Below, piece after piece: positions 1 through 15,815 of a stretch of 64,000 nt of DNA (the first letter of the stretch is position 1; each line of letters begins with the position of its first letter). The DNA comes from Octopus vulgaris. Taxonomy: Eukaryota. The notes beneath the pieces were generated by a model. The model made no database searches, was not told the DNA's origin, and saw only the letters and a program-made list of their open reading frames with translations. Both the position numbers and the translations under genes were made by a program. The DNA lies in the NCBI GenBank assembly GCA_951406725.2, contig OX597814.1, forward strand, positions 144,398,001 to 144,462,000, read 5' to 3'.

Positions 1-16
1 TATAAAAACAAAACTA

Positions 17-20
<4 letters not shown>

Positions 21-112
<92 letters not shown>

Positions 113-137
113 AAGAAGAAGAAGAAGGAGGAGGAGA
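21..137. repeat. (AAT)n-(AAG)n-(GAG)n compound microsatellite
   Basis: Directly visible. Confidence 0.98.
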
Positions 138-149
138 TTTTTCAAATTC

Positions 150-338
150 TGTCACAAAGCCAGCAATTTTAGGGGTTGGATAAATTGATTACATCGATTC
201 CAGTGCCCAGGTGATACTTTATTAATCGCGTTAAGATCAAACACGAAGTTGATCTCAGGAGAATTCGAACGCACAACGTAAAGAAATGCCGCTAAGCTTC
301 TTGTCCGACGCGCTAATAATTCTCCCAATTCATCGCAT
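150..338 (-). mobile_element. Degenerate tRNA-derived SINE (family B)
   Basis: Similar to reverse complement of the GGCGGCGAGCTGGCAG...GAGTTCAAATTCCGCCGAGGTCGAC...AAGTACCAG family seen at 50321, 51042, 62600. Confidence 0.75.
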
Positions 339-429
339 AAATAACAACAACAACAAAAATGACGATAATAATGTTTTTTATTAGCTACAAGTGCTGGAAT
401 AGATACAGAGAAAAAGAGAAGAGAATAAA

Positions 430-1490
430 GAAATTTACAAATGTGCGTACAAAAAAATTTACGCTGAGACGAAGGAAAAGTCATATAAATTTATGCCTGC
501 AGGGCGTTAATTTCTCGATTTCTTTTTTACTTAAAAGTTATGTTTTAGTCAATAGGATACCTGTTGCTTCCTCAGTACATAAATCATATTGTGTTCTTTG
601 GTGTTCTTGTGAGGTGTAGCCTTGGTTAATATTTTTATTGGGAACTAGATTCCAAATTGGGTTCCTTCAAATACCAAAGATAGCTTGATAGCACTGCTGG
701 ATTCCTTATTGATGACTTTCTAAATGAACAAAGATTAGAACAATACATGTCTCATTTGAAGAGCTAGTGATAACATTGTACTACTATACTACATTTTCCC
801 TTGTAGTTTGAGCTGATGGGACAAAAACTGAGGTTTCTGAAATTGCAATTGTTTCCATATATGCTATTAATATTATCGCTAGGTGTATTGTTAGTGTACT
901 TATGTTCCCATAACTTAGCGGTTAGGTAAAAGTGAGCGATAGAATTAGTACCAGGCTTCTAAACCCAATAAGTACTGAGAGCTAGTCATTCAACTAAAAA
1001 TTCTTCAAGACAGTACCCCTTAATTAGAAGAAACGATATCCTGCGCTAACTTTGGAGCTCGAAAGTAAGACTATTTCGCAGTGCTTGGCTTAATAATTTT
1101 ATAGAATTTGTGTTCACCGAGAGAATGTTTATTGAGTAAGAAGGAAAATATTTTAGCGATTACCGTGATGAAGTCAGGGTTGTATGGCGGATTAAACCAG
1201 GTTATGTTCGTATGTGTTCATATATTCCAATTACAAAGTCTAATTCTATCCGTCCTGATATATGAGATTTTTTCAGTTTCTTATGGCATGATAGTGATGT
1301 GGATTGCTACCTTTAAAAATTTCTTCATTAGCTGAGATTCCAGACGCCTGATTTAAATAGATCTCTTTAAATTATAGACTTAGCGTAGTTTGAGAATTTG
1401 TAAATGTAGCGTAGTAACGCGTAATGAAACACTATATCTGTATCACGTATTGAGAAACAATTTTCAGATTCAACCTAGTTTGAACCCTAT
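430..1490 (-). mobile_element. Penelope-like element remnant, Naiad-type: RT thumb, linker and GIY-YIG C-terminus (frameshifted)
   Basis: Manual minus-strand translation: ISANEEIF; NITWFNPPYN..IAKIFSFLLNKH...HKFYKI...K*SY; CNFRN..FCP; SFRK...RN.AVLSSYLWYLKE; DLCTEE..IL....LLSKK.IEKLTPCRHK. These match Naiad motifs (IWFNPP, CNCR..CP, LSxYxWxLK, CxLCxxE, CRH). Interrupted by a SINE at about 885-1020. Confidence 0.8.
885..1020 (+). mobile_element. SINE family A 3' fragment nested in the PLE
   Basis: taacttagcggtt...gatagaattagtaccaggctt matches the 3' half of copies at 18758 and 27547. Confidence 0.7.
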
Positions 1491-1593
1491 CAACATAGTA
1501 ATAAATATATATGTTCATGTGTGCGTGTGTATGTGTATGTGCGTTCGTGTAAATTCATAAGTATACATATATATAATATGCATGTATATATAC

Positions 1594-1657
<64 letters not shown>

Positions 1658-2458
1658 GCTTGTATATATAGACGTGTGTGTGTGTGCGTGTACATACATA
1701 GATATATAGGTAGGTAGATAGTTAGGCAAATTTTACACTTATGCATACGGTATATGTATGTACATACATTAAAACACACGCATATCTGTGCGTGGGTGAG
1801 TGTGTGATAGGAGGGGTCTACTTCTTTTGTAGTACAAGGACATAAAAGTGAACGACGCACATGCGCACATAGAGACGCATATGAGTGTCTGTATTCACAC
1901 ACGCGTGTATATATGGATGCGTGAATGTCTTGATATGTGTGAGTATGTGTGTGAGTGAGTGAGTGAGTGAGTGAGAGAAAGTGTTGACGTAAGCAGGATT
2001 ATATATCCAAACATCCTACTTATCTTGTGTACAATGAACATATATTAGACTCTACACATTTCTGACAGAAGAGTATATTGAGCACTTTAAGGTTTTAGTG
2101 CCAAAAGCAGAAAGACCATATGCGTGTGTACACATGTTTATTTATGTGTTTGTGTGAATGTATGTGTGTATATATATGTATGTATGTGTGTGTGTGAATG
2201 TATGCGTGCGTATATATGTGTGTGTGTGTGTTTGTGTGCATGTGTATATGAACATGAATAATGTATATGTGTATATAGATAGATAGATACTTATATAATA
2301 ACATACATATTGTCTATTATTTGGGGTTAAAACATGATATATGTGTGTATAAATATATGTATGCATGTATATTTGCATATATACAGACAGGTATGCACAT
2401 ACATATACACACATACACCTATTTACACACACACACACACACATATATACACACATCA

Positions 2459-2519
<61 letters not shown>

Positions 2520-3107
2520 GAGTGTACGAGTGTACACAAACACACAAATGCACATATACACATAGTTTGCAGATTTTTCAGACTTATGATTTTTTTTACG
2601 ATTTTTTTTCTTTTATTTTCTAGTTTTGTTTTATTTATGAGTCGCTATTTTCTTTAACTGTTACGTCGTATATTCCACTCTTCTTTTATCTGAACTGTTT
2701 TGGCCGCTGGCATACCATTACACACAGTTCCATCTCTGCTTGAAGCAGGCCTCTGTGAAAGAGATGTAAAGCAATTAGCAGTAAATTAACTCAAAATGAA
2801 GACACTTTCAATAGCCGGCGCGGAACCTCGTACTTTCACGTCCTGGCTCGATATTTAGGCTGCGTTGTACTTAACGTGGTCCACTTGTCACATATATTAC
2901 TCCAATTTAGAGTTCTTCTTTCTTCTGTTTTCTTCTTGAAAGAAGGGGCAAGGGAATGGAGAAGTGCAACGTGTTATATGTCTGTCTGTAAGTGTGTAAA
3001 TGTGTGCGTATATGTGTGTGTGGGGGGGGACCTGAATTCCGTTTGTATTATGTGTGTATGGATATAGATATACAAATACATAAATACAATGCAATACATA
3101 TACACAT

Positions 3108-3138
<31 letters not shown>

Positions 3139-3389
3139 GATGTATATATATATACACATATATATATATATATATATATATGTCTGTGTTGTATATATGT
3201 ATTTGTATATCTATATCCATATATACATATATAATATATATACATACATACGCGCACACATATACACACATGTATTTATGTAGTAATGTGAACATATATT
3301 TAACATATATGTGTGTGCGTATACATGTGTGTATTATACATGTTTGTATATAATTATATATAATATATATATATACATGCATATATAAG

Positions 3390-3421
<32 letters not shown>

Positions 3422-4130
3422 TATAATTATTTGTAAAATTATATATATATATAAAATATTTGTAAAATTATATGCTTGCATATAATGTTTGATTCCATTT
3501 TTTGAGGGCAGTGAAAATATAGGTTATTATCTATTTATATATTCACTTATGTGTTCTTGCATTCGTCCATTTCGTTGTTCATGCATTTATTTCAACTTTA
3601 AGCCGCACAAAATATTCGGATTCCTCTCAACTTCTCTCTACCAAGATACATCGCTACATTGCTCGTTAGAAACCATGATACTTGTTCAAAACAACGAGCG
3701 AAGCCTTTACTTAAATTCAATGGTTGTAATCGTTTGTCTTGTATGTGTCTAAGGGAGACAAAGAAGAACTCTGACCATGACCTTATTGCAAAGGGCTCCT
3801 ATATTATGTGTGTGAGTGGAGAGAAAAGAGGAGAAACTGCTACTCATAAAGTATAGTCAATTTAAAGGACATCCGCGCAGTTGCTGAATACCTAATTTCA
3901 TTCACATAGTTTTGGACGACCCAGATTTATGGCGGAAGGCACTTGTGAACGAAGAGTACCTCTCTGTGGGTGAACCCAGAGCCGCGTAATTGGGAAACGA
4001 GCTTCTTATTCACACCTCCTATCGAAGAAAAATTGAGTAACACATATTCTAAAAATAAGTATTGTATACACACACACACACATACACACATACAGACACA
4101 CACACACACACACACACACACTTACACACA

Positions 4131-4198
<68 letters not shown>

Positions 4199-4416
4199 TG
4201 TATATGTGTGAATGTGAGTGTACGAACGTACGTATGTATGTATGTATGTCATTATTTAGTTTTATTTCAAGATTTCAAGCCAATAGAGAAAGAGCCGGTT
4301 TCTAACCGAGATCCCAGGTTCCTTCTATGTATCTATGTGTTTGTTCATATGTACACACATACATACGCATGTGCATACATATATACATACATACATACAT
4401 ACATGCATACATAAAA

Positions 4417-4600
4417 AGGCGTGAAGCCTAGTGTCAGAGAGTTACACTCACGATTGCAAGACGAGGTTTCGATTATTGGATTAGACGGTGCATTGTGTTC
4501 TTGAGCAAAACACTTCATTTCAAACTCTTAAAATCCACTCATATAAAATGTGTGACCGTGCAATGGACCGACGGCCCGTTCAAGGGAAAATGTTGTAACG
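4417..4600 (+). mobile_element. Degenerate tRNA-derived SINE (family C-like)
   Basis: tRNA-like head followed by ttgtgttcttgagcaaaacacttcattt, shared with 15527 and 22560. Confidence 0.55.
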
Positions 4601-5119
4601 TTCGATAACCTGCCTTATGTGTTCAATATATAATATACATTACAGTACTGAAGTTGATGTACTCGACTAATCCCCTCCCTCAAAAGTACCTGACATTATA
4701 TAAAATTCAGATACAATTATGATAACTATTACATTTAATATTTCGTTTTTGGATTTGGTTTGCAAGATTCTTTATATGAGTTCGTGTGTTGAAGCATATT
4801 CTGTTGAGTCTGGGGAGAGTCATTTTCTTTTTGTGCCTTATAATGTAATACACTCACCGGTAAAATTTCCACTTATTTCTTATTTATATTTTCCTAAAAT
4901 TTTCGTTGCGTCTTGCAACCTTTTCAGTAGACAAACGCATAGATCTTTCAGCACATTGTACAATGTTGTCAAGCTAAACTACACAGAAATTCATTAATTG
5001 AACAATAAAACTGCTGCTTAGGTAATATGATTTATACTACACACATAGTTATTTTCTATCTGGCAGACAGCATCATCAAAAGCTTTGTGTCTTGGGTGTG
5101 ATAAAATTGCAACGATGGT

Positions 5120-5870
5120 CAACAGTCACCCATTGACTACAAGAGCGCCACTCTTTCAACATATACAATTTTTTCATTTCTTTTTCAGCAGCAAGAATAA
5201 TTGTTAATGCAAGCAACCCTTCCTTCAACATTTAAGAAACAGCTGTTACTCTATCAACATGGACTGCAGTTGTCACTTTGTCAATAACACGAGTAAGTCT
5301 CTCTGTCCACAAGGATAGTAGATATCTCCTATCACCATGGAGATTAGTTGTCTCTCTATGAACATCGACAGTAACTGTCATCTAGCAATTTGACAGTAGT
5401 TGTCACTTGATCAAACTCGAAGGTAGTTGTTACTTTCTGTCAACATGAACGTTAGCTGCCTCTTTCTCATTCATCATGGACAATAGCTATCACTCTGTCA
5501 ATATGGATAATATCTTACACTCTATGTACATGAAAATGGCTGTCATTCTATCACCATCAAACTGTCATTCTACCAACATAGACAATAGCTTGCACTCTGC
5601 CAACATCGGCAGTAAGTGTCTCTTTTTTCACTAAGAATAGTAGTTGTTTCTCTATCAACACCATAGAGCATCTCCCTAACATAAACACCCATCTGTCGCT
5701 CCATCGTCAATGACGGTAGCTTTTACTCTATCAACAGGAGCAGTAGCTTATTTCGACAGACATGTCGAATAGCTGTCCCAACGTCAACGTGGTCAGTGCA
5801 GTGGATGTTATAAAAAAATACAGACAGCTTCATTGAAATCTATCGACACTAGCAACACTATTCTTGTTAA
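5120..5870. repeat. Old degenerate ~26-27 bp minisatellite
   Basis: Recurring unit approx GACAGTAGYTGTCACTCTATCAACATG, roughly 20-25 diverged copies. Confidence 0.8.
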
Positions 5871-5879
5871 AGAATTATA

Positions 5880-5945
<66 letters not shown>

Positions 5946-5948
<3 letters not shown>

Positions 5949-7177
5949 GGGTTGGACAAAATAATGGAAACACCTTAGAATTTTAAACAAATTTATTTTA
6001 AGATGGGGCAGGACCGCCTTTGGTTGTAATTACAGCTTGAATTCTACGAGGTATGGACTCGTACAAAGTTTGAATTGTTTCCAAAGGAATTTTTGTCCAT
6101 TCGTCAACTAAAACAGTTCTTGTAGTGATGATGGTGGAGGATATCGACACCTTACTTGTTTTTCTAAAATGCACCATGAATGTTCAATAATATTGAGATC
6201 TGGGGACTGTGCTGGCCAGATAAGATCTTCAACTTCACTAGAATGTCCCTCGTGCCATTCAGTAACAACTTTAGCTGTGTGAATTGGTATATTATCATTC
6301 TGAAAGATTGCGTTTCCCTCCGGAAACAGTTCCGCAACCATAGGATGAATTTGATCAGATAAAATGCTTAAATAGTCTTGACTATTAATTCTGCCATGAG
6401 AGGAAACCATTAGGCCGACGAATTTCCAAGATATAACCACCCCCCAGATCATCACAGATCCTCCTCCATGTTTAACAGTTGGAAGAAGGCTGTCTGGGTC
6501 AAATGCTTCTTTTGGCTATCTCCAAACGTATACTCGGCCAGTGGTCGGAAATAAAGTAAAGGATGACTCGTCAGAGAAAATAAAATTTTCCCACTGCTCT
6601 AAGAACCAATTCTGTAGGTTTTTACTCCATTCTAAACGCTTTTCAACGTTTGTTTTTGAAAGTAGTGTTTTTCTGATTGCAGCTTTCTCGTGAAATCCGG
6701 TTTTGTGTAGCTCTCGGCGAACAATTTTTGTTGAAAATGGGTTCTGTACTTTTGTGATCTTTTCTAACAATTCACGAAAGAATCTGACGGTCCCTATCTG
6801 AAAGTTTTGGTTTTCTTCTGAAATTTTGTTTCAACGTGGTGGTTTTTTCCCTCTTTCTCAAAGACTGTCATCCCTTTCGAGGCAGTACTTTTTGATACAC
6901 TAAACATTTCGGCTGTTTTCGTTACGCTAGCGCCTGCCATACGAGCGCCAACAATTTGACCTCTTTGAAAGTTCGATCAATCTGTCGTTTTAATGAATTT
7001 TAATTACCTTCTTCTAATGATATCTGAAAAGAAACAGCAATTTTAGCAAAATATATTAAGGATCACTAATAATAAATCAAAAAACATAAAAATAAACAAG
7101 CTTTTGACGGTTTCATAGACATTTCAAAACTATGATGCTATGATGCTAGGTGTTTCCCTTATTTTGTCCAACCCCTA
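5946..7177 (-). mobile_element. Tc1-family DNA transposon, near full length
   Basis: TIRs CAGGGGTTGGACAAAATAATGGAAACACCT / AGGTGTTTCCCTTATTTTGTCCAACCCCT; inserted in (TA)n; internal transposase. Confidence 0.95.
5998..6988 (-). pseudogene. Tc1 DD34E transposase, disrupted
   Basis: FSDESSF, FQNDNIPIH, WPAQSPDLNIIEHSW in ORFs 6516-6770 and 6108-6455; frameshifts; probable start ATG>ACG. Confidence 0.92.
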
Positions 7178-7185
7178 TATATATA

Positions 7186-7237
<52 letters not shown>

Positions 7238-7424
7238 GAGTAAATGTGTAAAGATAATCAAGTTAGGGAAGCCTAACTTTCTTACCCTTATATTTATTCG
7301 TCTACCTGTTCAAGTTCAAATCTCGAGCACTACGAAGTGTATTCTAAACAGAGAATATCTGTCTCTAATCTATCTCTCTATATGTGTGTGTGTGCGTGTG
7401 TGTGCGCATGTCTGTATATGTGTG

Positions 7425-7472
<48 letters not shown>

Positions 7473-7518
7473 CGTGTGTGTGTGTGTGAGTGTGTACATA
7501 TATATATGTGTATACACA

Positions 7519-7569
<51 letters not shown>

Positions 7570-7798
7570 TTCTTTACTGCCCAGAAGGGGCTAAACATAG
7601 AGGGGACAAGCAAGGACAGACGAATGGATTGAGTCGATTATATCGCCCCCAGTGCGAAACTGGTACTTTATTTATCGACCCCGAAAGGATGAAAGGCAAA
7701 GTTGACCTCGGCGGAATTTGAACTCAGAACGTAACGACTGACGAAATACCGCTAAGCATTTCGCCCGGCGCGCTAACGTGTCTGCCAGCTCGCCGCCT
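7570..7798 (-). mobile_element. tRNA-derived SINE (family B)
   Basis: Head GGCGGCGAGCTGGCAGA, B-box GAGTTCAAATTCC, core GCCTTTCATCCTTTCGGGGTCGATAAA..AGTACCAG. Confidence 0.9.
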
Positions 7799-7810
7799 TA
7801 TATATATATA

Positions 7811-8315
7811 ATCGAATAATAGCATACGATGGATAATTGTCAGTTCATTAAAACTGTTACGTGACTTTTTAATAGAAGCATGAGAACCTTACATCATTAT
7901 AACAGACCGTAATCATCAGATGAGAAGTAATTTTACAAAACAATAGAACTTTAATAATGATGTAATGCTCTCATTCTTCTACTAAACAGTTACATAAGAA
8001 ACAGCTTTAATGAGCAGACAATTATCCATCGTATGTCATTATTCATTTGATTACAATACACCAAGGGAATCTACGATTTGACGGACACCCTAGAGTATAC
8101 CAATAACGTACTATTCAAAGTAATGCATGGTTTGGACAAGCCCCTTAGGCGCTAAATACTCATAGGGTTGGGTTTTTTTCTGTGTACACAACCGAAATAT
8201 CCTATCTGATATTTCGACTCTTACCAACCACAGACCGGAACCACAGACATTTCTCGACCCTACCTGGTGCATACCTTTTCAAATACCTGATTCTATCTGA
8301 ATCTTGATCTTACTT
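7811..8315 (+). mobile_element. Fold-back PLE-end insertion in (TA)n with split hammerhead
   Basis: 7812-7900 is an imperfect inverted copy of 7953-8045; about 265 bp tail. Hammerhead 5' half at 7913-7924 (-), 3' half at 7998-8014 (+). Confidence 0.7.
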
Positions 8316-8325
8316 TATATATATA

Positions 8326-8624
8326 CTAGCAGTATCGCCCGGCGTTGCTCGGGTTTGTAAGGGAAATAGCTATATAAGCATTTTTAGAGAGTTACTTCCC
8401 TTATATAGTAGCAAAAAAATTCATTAAAAATGGGAAAAAATGATGGTAATTTTTTTTTTAAATCGTAGACTCATTGTAGACGCGCGCTAATACCCAGAAG
8501 GGCTCGATATGAATCCCGACTATAAGATACCCGCTTTTGGTTAAACTGCACCGCAAAATGTGGGAGTAGTTAGGAATCTAAATCGTAGGAGACAGACACA
8601 CAACTTCACTTTTATATATAAAGA
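8326..8624 (-). mobile_element. Non-autonomous Helitron (~300 bp)
   Basis: Minus strand starts TCTTTATATATAAAAG, ends with hairpin CCCGAGCAACGCCGGG then CTAG; inserted between A and T. Confidence 0.88.
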
Positions 8625-8687
8625 TATATATATATATATATATATATACATACATACATACATACATACATACATACATACATACAT

Positions 8688-8784
<97 letters not shown>

Positions 8785-9798
8785 ACTATATATTATTTAA
8801 ACTGACACTCCGAAATCTTTATATCGAGGACTAAGTCCGTGCGTTAAAGAATAGGAGGGGGTCTATAAAAGGAATCTGGCTGAGCAGATATGGAGATAAT
8901 GACGTAAATAAATAGATAAAACCGCTTAGGATAGGCATATAATACATACATGTACACATGTAAATAGAGAGAAACAAAGACTGGAAATATTCATACGACG
9001 AACATTCATATATAAATATACAGAACAGATTTACACAGAGAAAAAAGACACAAAAACTGAGTAGAGATATATGGATTAGATACAAATCTCTTCACCCTTA
9101 AGATGGAGGCTGGATTTCCCGTGATGTTTAGATGCATCCACAACCGGCAGCATATTCTTCACTTTTTGTGATCTACATCTGCCAACACAATAATCATTAT
9201 CAGAAACTCCAGGAATGCACTGAAATATACTACTTAGTAACACTATGACCTATACTTGTAAATGTTACATTAAATATCTATTATATATACTCCAAACGTT
9301 ATGGTTAATATTTGACATGCTTAGCACGATCTTCGCTTGAGAAAGGAGTTCGTTTCATTGGTTTACAAAAAGGCAATACGTCGTTTCGTCGCGTATTACG
9401 AAAACCATAAAGTTCATAAAAGATAACGAAAAGAGCCACATACACTTTTACTTTTTTATTTTCTCTCTCCTTTATTTACAGTATTGTTTTCTTTACAATA
9501 TTGTCTCCAAACAGGTGGCCGGTCGAAATAAACTCCATTCCATTGTCTTGCTTTATCCTTTTGGTTCTGTTACGTTATTTGCTGTTGTCTTTTTTCCCTC
9601 GCTTTTCATTTATCACTTTGTTCAAAGCTTAAGTAGCCGTTCTCAACTTATTGTTGACCTTCAGTATAAAACTCTTCTATAAATAAATATTCTTCCGCTC
9701 TCTCCCTCCCATCTCTCTATTTACCTACCTACCTATCTATCTGTCTATCTACCTATCTACCTATCTATCTGTCAATTTATCTATCTATATGTGTATGC

Positions 9799-9884
<86 letters not shown>

Positions 9885-10030
9885 AATGTTTTTATCTTCA
9901 TTTCACTTAATTTATCAAGCTTCTGTGTTCCTAGCACATATTTCGCCTTAATGTACTGATATATGGAAAATATATGGCTTGTGTTAGTAATACCAGCGAT
10001 TATAATTATTTTTATTTTATCGCAATTTGA

Positions 10031-10099
<69 letters not shown>

Positions 10100-10146
10100 A
10101 CAAACAAACATATATATGTATACACATTCAAACATATATATATATA

Positions 10147-12740
10147 TCTATATATATAAAGCAGAGTGTGCGTGAGTGTGTGTGTGTGTGCGTGTGCGTG
10201 TGGTGCGTATATTTCTAATGGGTTCGAAAACTGAGTTGCCGATTTTGATGTATGAGGTATCAAAAGTATGGTTTTTGCACAGCAATTCGTTTTATTCTAA
10301 AAATAACCTCGAAAACGAGTTCGGGTCGCTCAATTTTGATGTCATTTTCTGGCAATATTTGAATTTGCTTCTAATCTACGTTGCCAATTGTAATGTTTTT
10401 GATGTCAAAGAATGCAGCAATGTACAAGGAGCGTTATGAGTGCATTTGTGATGCAGAAAATCCTATTTGTCAACTGAAAGTAACAAAAAAACATGCTTTT
10501 TTGGCACATTTTCCGTACCACCAACTTCCGCTTTTTTTTCCAAAATTTCTTCGGATTCTGGTGTTTTCTACATAGGAGAATAGAATCCCCCCCCAAAAAA
10601 AAAATTTTAATTTCCCCTTCTCCACCCCAATTTCCTAATTTTTAACTTTCGAATTTTTTTTAAATCCATGTAGAAAAATACAGAGATTACAAATTTGGGA
10701 AATTTTTTGTCTTTTAAATTTTGATTTTTCTTAAAGGAATACTCAATGCCCTTTCCCCCCCTCGCCCTCCCATCACCCTTCCTCCCCCCGCTTTCGAAAA
10801 GTCAAAATCTCCGAATGTTTCACTTTCGTCTGATGTTTCACGCATGCGTAAAATTCTACTAAAAGAACATATATAAAAAATATCAGATCACCACCACAAA
10901 ACCTGACATGCTAGAAACAACAGCTAAACAACATTATTTCTGGAAAAACTTCCCTGCTTTCAAAGATGCTAAACGTGAAACAAAAGCTTTTTGAATTTGG
11001 GGATGTGATGGGTGGAGGTGGGGGAATGAATTTGAGTGTTTCTTTTAAAAAAATTCTTAAAGGTCCGTAATCTCTGAATTTTTCTACGTGGTTTAAAGAA
11101 AAAGAAAAATTTCGAAAAAAGTTAGAAATTTTAAAAATTAGGATAAGGAGGGGAGAATTAAAACTTTGAAAACGTGTTTTTTGAGCAAAACCCTAATCTC
11201 CTATATCGAAAACATAAGAACCCGAAGAAATTTTGGGAAAAAAAAAGTGGTGTGCAAATGTCACCTCTGACATGCTACAAACAACAGCTAAACGACAAGG
11301 TTTCTGAAAAGACTTCCTTTTAAGTTTATATCGAAGATCAGGTTTTTAAATACGCTCATCACAGACATGAATTGCAAAATAGAAAAGATCGGCGGAGTTC
11401 TGATCGAAGCACGTACTAAAACCCCTCATAACTTTTTTATTTGTAAGAATTTTCACAAAAGTTTTTGATTTTGTCTTCTGCATAATAGAATTAATACGAT
11501 TATCCAATAACAAATTTGTTTTCAAATATCCCCCCCCCCCCCATCTATGATAATTCCAAAACTTTCCGCTGTTTTTCGATTTTTTTATTTATTTTTAAAA
11601 TACGGTTTTAAAATATGGACAGTCCGACTCTGCCATTCGTTTCCCTTTATAATTTCCAAATAATTTTTAAATACTTCGAAATCAAAATTGTAGGTGTTTG
11701 TGTCAGAGAAAATCATTTACTAACAGGAAATTATGTTATTAAAATAAATTATCTCTAAGGGATAATTTATATTGTTGCAAGAAAAACATTTACTAACAGA
11801 GAATTATGTTATGAAAATAAATTATCTGTAACATACCTTTAAATTATTGCGGATAAAGTATTAAAACTCGAGAACTTTCCCACGAAGTGTATAATCAAAT
11901 TTCAATTTGGAGGTGATCTTCTCGCTAGGGGTCACTTTTATTTTCCAAAAAAAAAAAAAACAGGATTCTGTTTTGTTAGAAATAAAGAGAGAGTGCGTAT
12001 TGTGTCATTCTTCCAATTTTCCCGGCGAATGAAATCCTGCATACTTGGAATATATGACAACAAGGCAAAGAAGGGTCTCATCGAAAACGAGAAAGAAGGG
12101 TTACCTGCAACTTGTTTCTCATCGAAAACCAGAAAAACTGGAAGCGGTAATAATTTAAAGGTATTTTAGAATTTATTTTCCGTTAGTAAATGTTTTTTCT
12201 CTTACACAAACACATAAGACTCGATAGTAGAAACCATAATACTTTTGAACATGGCCTTTTCATTCGGGAAGCTAATGTATATGTGTGTTCCTCATAGTTA
12301 TCAACAAATATCATGAGGCGGGTAAGAACTATTTCAGCTTCTATATTACCCAATTTGTAGCCATGACACTTAGTTGCCAATATTGCTGTGTGAGATATCA
12401 AAAGATTGGGCAATCTTTCGGCTGCTATCGTAGAGTAATTTTTTGGCACAGCAACATTATTTTACTACAAAATTTAACACCAAAATGAGGTTGGGTTGCA
12501 CAATTTTGAGGTCATTTTGGGGACAATGTTAGAATTTCCTTCTAATCTAAGCTGCCATTGTACATGTGTTAGTGTCAAAAATGTCAGTATCGTTCATCAG
12601 AAAGTGACCAAAATACGTTTATAAAGAAGAGTTGTTTGCTTCATACTCCTCATGTGCCGATTCAGCCCATAAGAAAGGAGCAAATAATACAATGTGGCTG
12701 TAGGTCGCAACACCCGGGCAAAACCAGGGTGCATGACTAG
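10147..12740 (+). mobile_element. Non-autonomous Helitron (~2.6 kb)
   Basis: 5' TCTATATATATAAAGC + (GT)n, 3' hairpin CACCCGGGCAAAACCAGGGTG then CTAG|T; no RepHel ORF; internal direct and inverted repeats. Confidence 0.8.
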
Positions 12741-12959
12741 TATGTATGTATATGTATACATATACATACATTCATACATACATATATGTATATATATGAA
12801 ATAACAATCCGCTAATTTCATTATTTCTATATTTGTCGATGTACGTGCGCGTATACGTGTTTCGCGTGTCTGTAAGGATTTGTGCGTGGTTATCTCCCTG
12901 TATGATACTTCTCAGATTTTTTTCTTTTTTTTTTGACCATTGAGAGAAAACAAGCTTGC

Positions 12960-14720
<1,761 letters not shown>

Positions 14721-15173
14721 AAAAAACCTTGAGATATATAAAAAAGTAATAATCCAGATACACTTTTCAGCGTGAACTTGTTATTCAATGTGATCAATGT
14801 TGACAAGAATACTTAGAGTGACACCATCAAGCGTATATCTTTTGAATATATAATAATTTACTTTTCTACTGATGCCAGGTAGATTTTATAGACATAAAAG
14901 TCATGTTATTGTGAAACCACAGCCAACAAAATATTGATGAACACGTTCGTGCAAACATACCTTGTTTCAATTTTGGATTGCAAAGACTCCTTTCTCGCTG
15001 TCAACATCAGTAATTGACCACCTGAAAATTTATAGATTACGATACAACTTTTTTATATAATGCAGAATATGAATTTCAGACAAATGATATAAGTGCTAAA
15101 AATATCTTATATATCCTCAGACAAGGCCGCGGCTATCACAGGAAGATCTACGGAATCAGCAATCAGTCTCCGT

Positions 15174-15425
15174 ATGAGGGTGGGCTGGAAAGTTCATAGC
15201 CTGATTATGAAGGAATGATGCTACAGCTGTGAAATCTCGCATGCATTAATTTCAAAACTTTTTATTAATAACTGCATTGTTTCTTTCCAGGTAAAATGAC
15301 AGCTAACTGTTCAGAGAAGACTTCAGTAGTAGCTAGCAGAGACTTCTCTTGAAAATGGGCAAAATATGGTATCATGGTGTTATGAAGTACGTGCACGGAA
15401 AAGGTTTAGTCCCCATGGACACATT
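15174..15425 (+). mobile_element. mariner 5' fragment (left TIR + transposase N-terminus)
   Basis: TIR-like GAGGGTGGGCTGGAAAGTTCATAG; MGKIWYHGVMKYVHGKGLVPMDT resembles a mariner HTH start. Confidence 0.6.
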
Positions 15426-15526
15426 CCAAGAGAGTATCTCGGTCATTCTATGAACTTTACAGCCGATCCTCGTAGTAATCAATTACAATCTAGTGTAATG
15501 TAATAAATTGTATCCGAATGGTGAAG

Positions 15527-15815
15527 CCACGGGTTTTAGTGGTTAAGTTTTTTGGTTCGCGATCGTAAGCTCATGAGTTCAATCTCGGCAGAGCGTTGTA
15601 TCCTTGAGCAAGACTTTATTCCACTCAGCTGGCAAAAATGAGTAGTACCTGTATTTCGAAGGGCCAGTCTTGTCACATTCTGTGTCACGCTGAATCTCCC
15701 TGACAACTACGTTAAGGGTATGCGTGTCTGTTGAGTGCTTAACCACTTGCGCGTTAACCTCACGAGCAAGCAGTTCTGTTGGTTGGATCGACTTGTCATC
15801 GTCAGATACAGCGTA
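15527..15815 (+). mobile_element. tRNA-derived SINE (family C)
   Basis: A/B-box head (tagtggttaag; gagttcaatctc); body shared with 22560-22845 and 32315-32530. Confidence 0.8.

Noticed and set aside
3660-3705. GCTCGTT/AACGAGC stem followed by GAAG
   Set aside because: No CUGANGA upstream.
4893-4930. Hammerhead-like CTGAAAA-G-GTTGC/GCAAC-GAAA-ATTT-TA on minus strand
   Set aside because: Core spacing is off by one and there is no stem I; cannot be supported without a consensus.
5120-5870. CRISPR-like array
   Set aside because: Head-to-tail degenerate units with no spacers, no cas genes, eukaryotic context.
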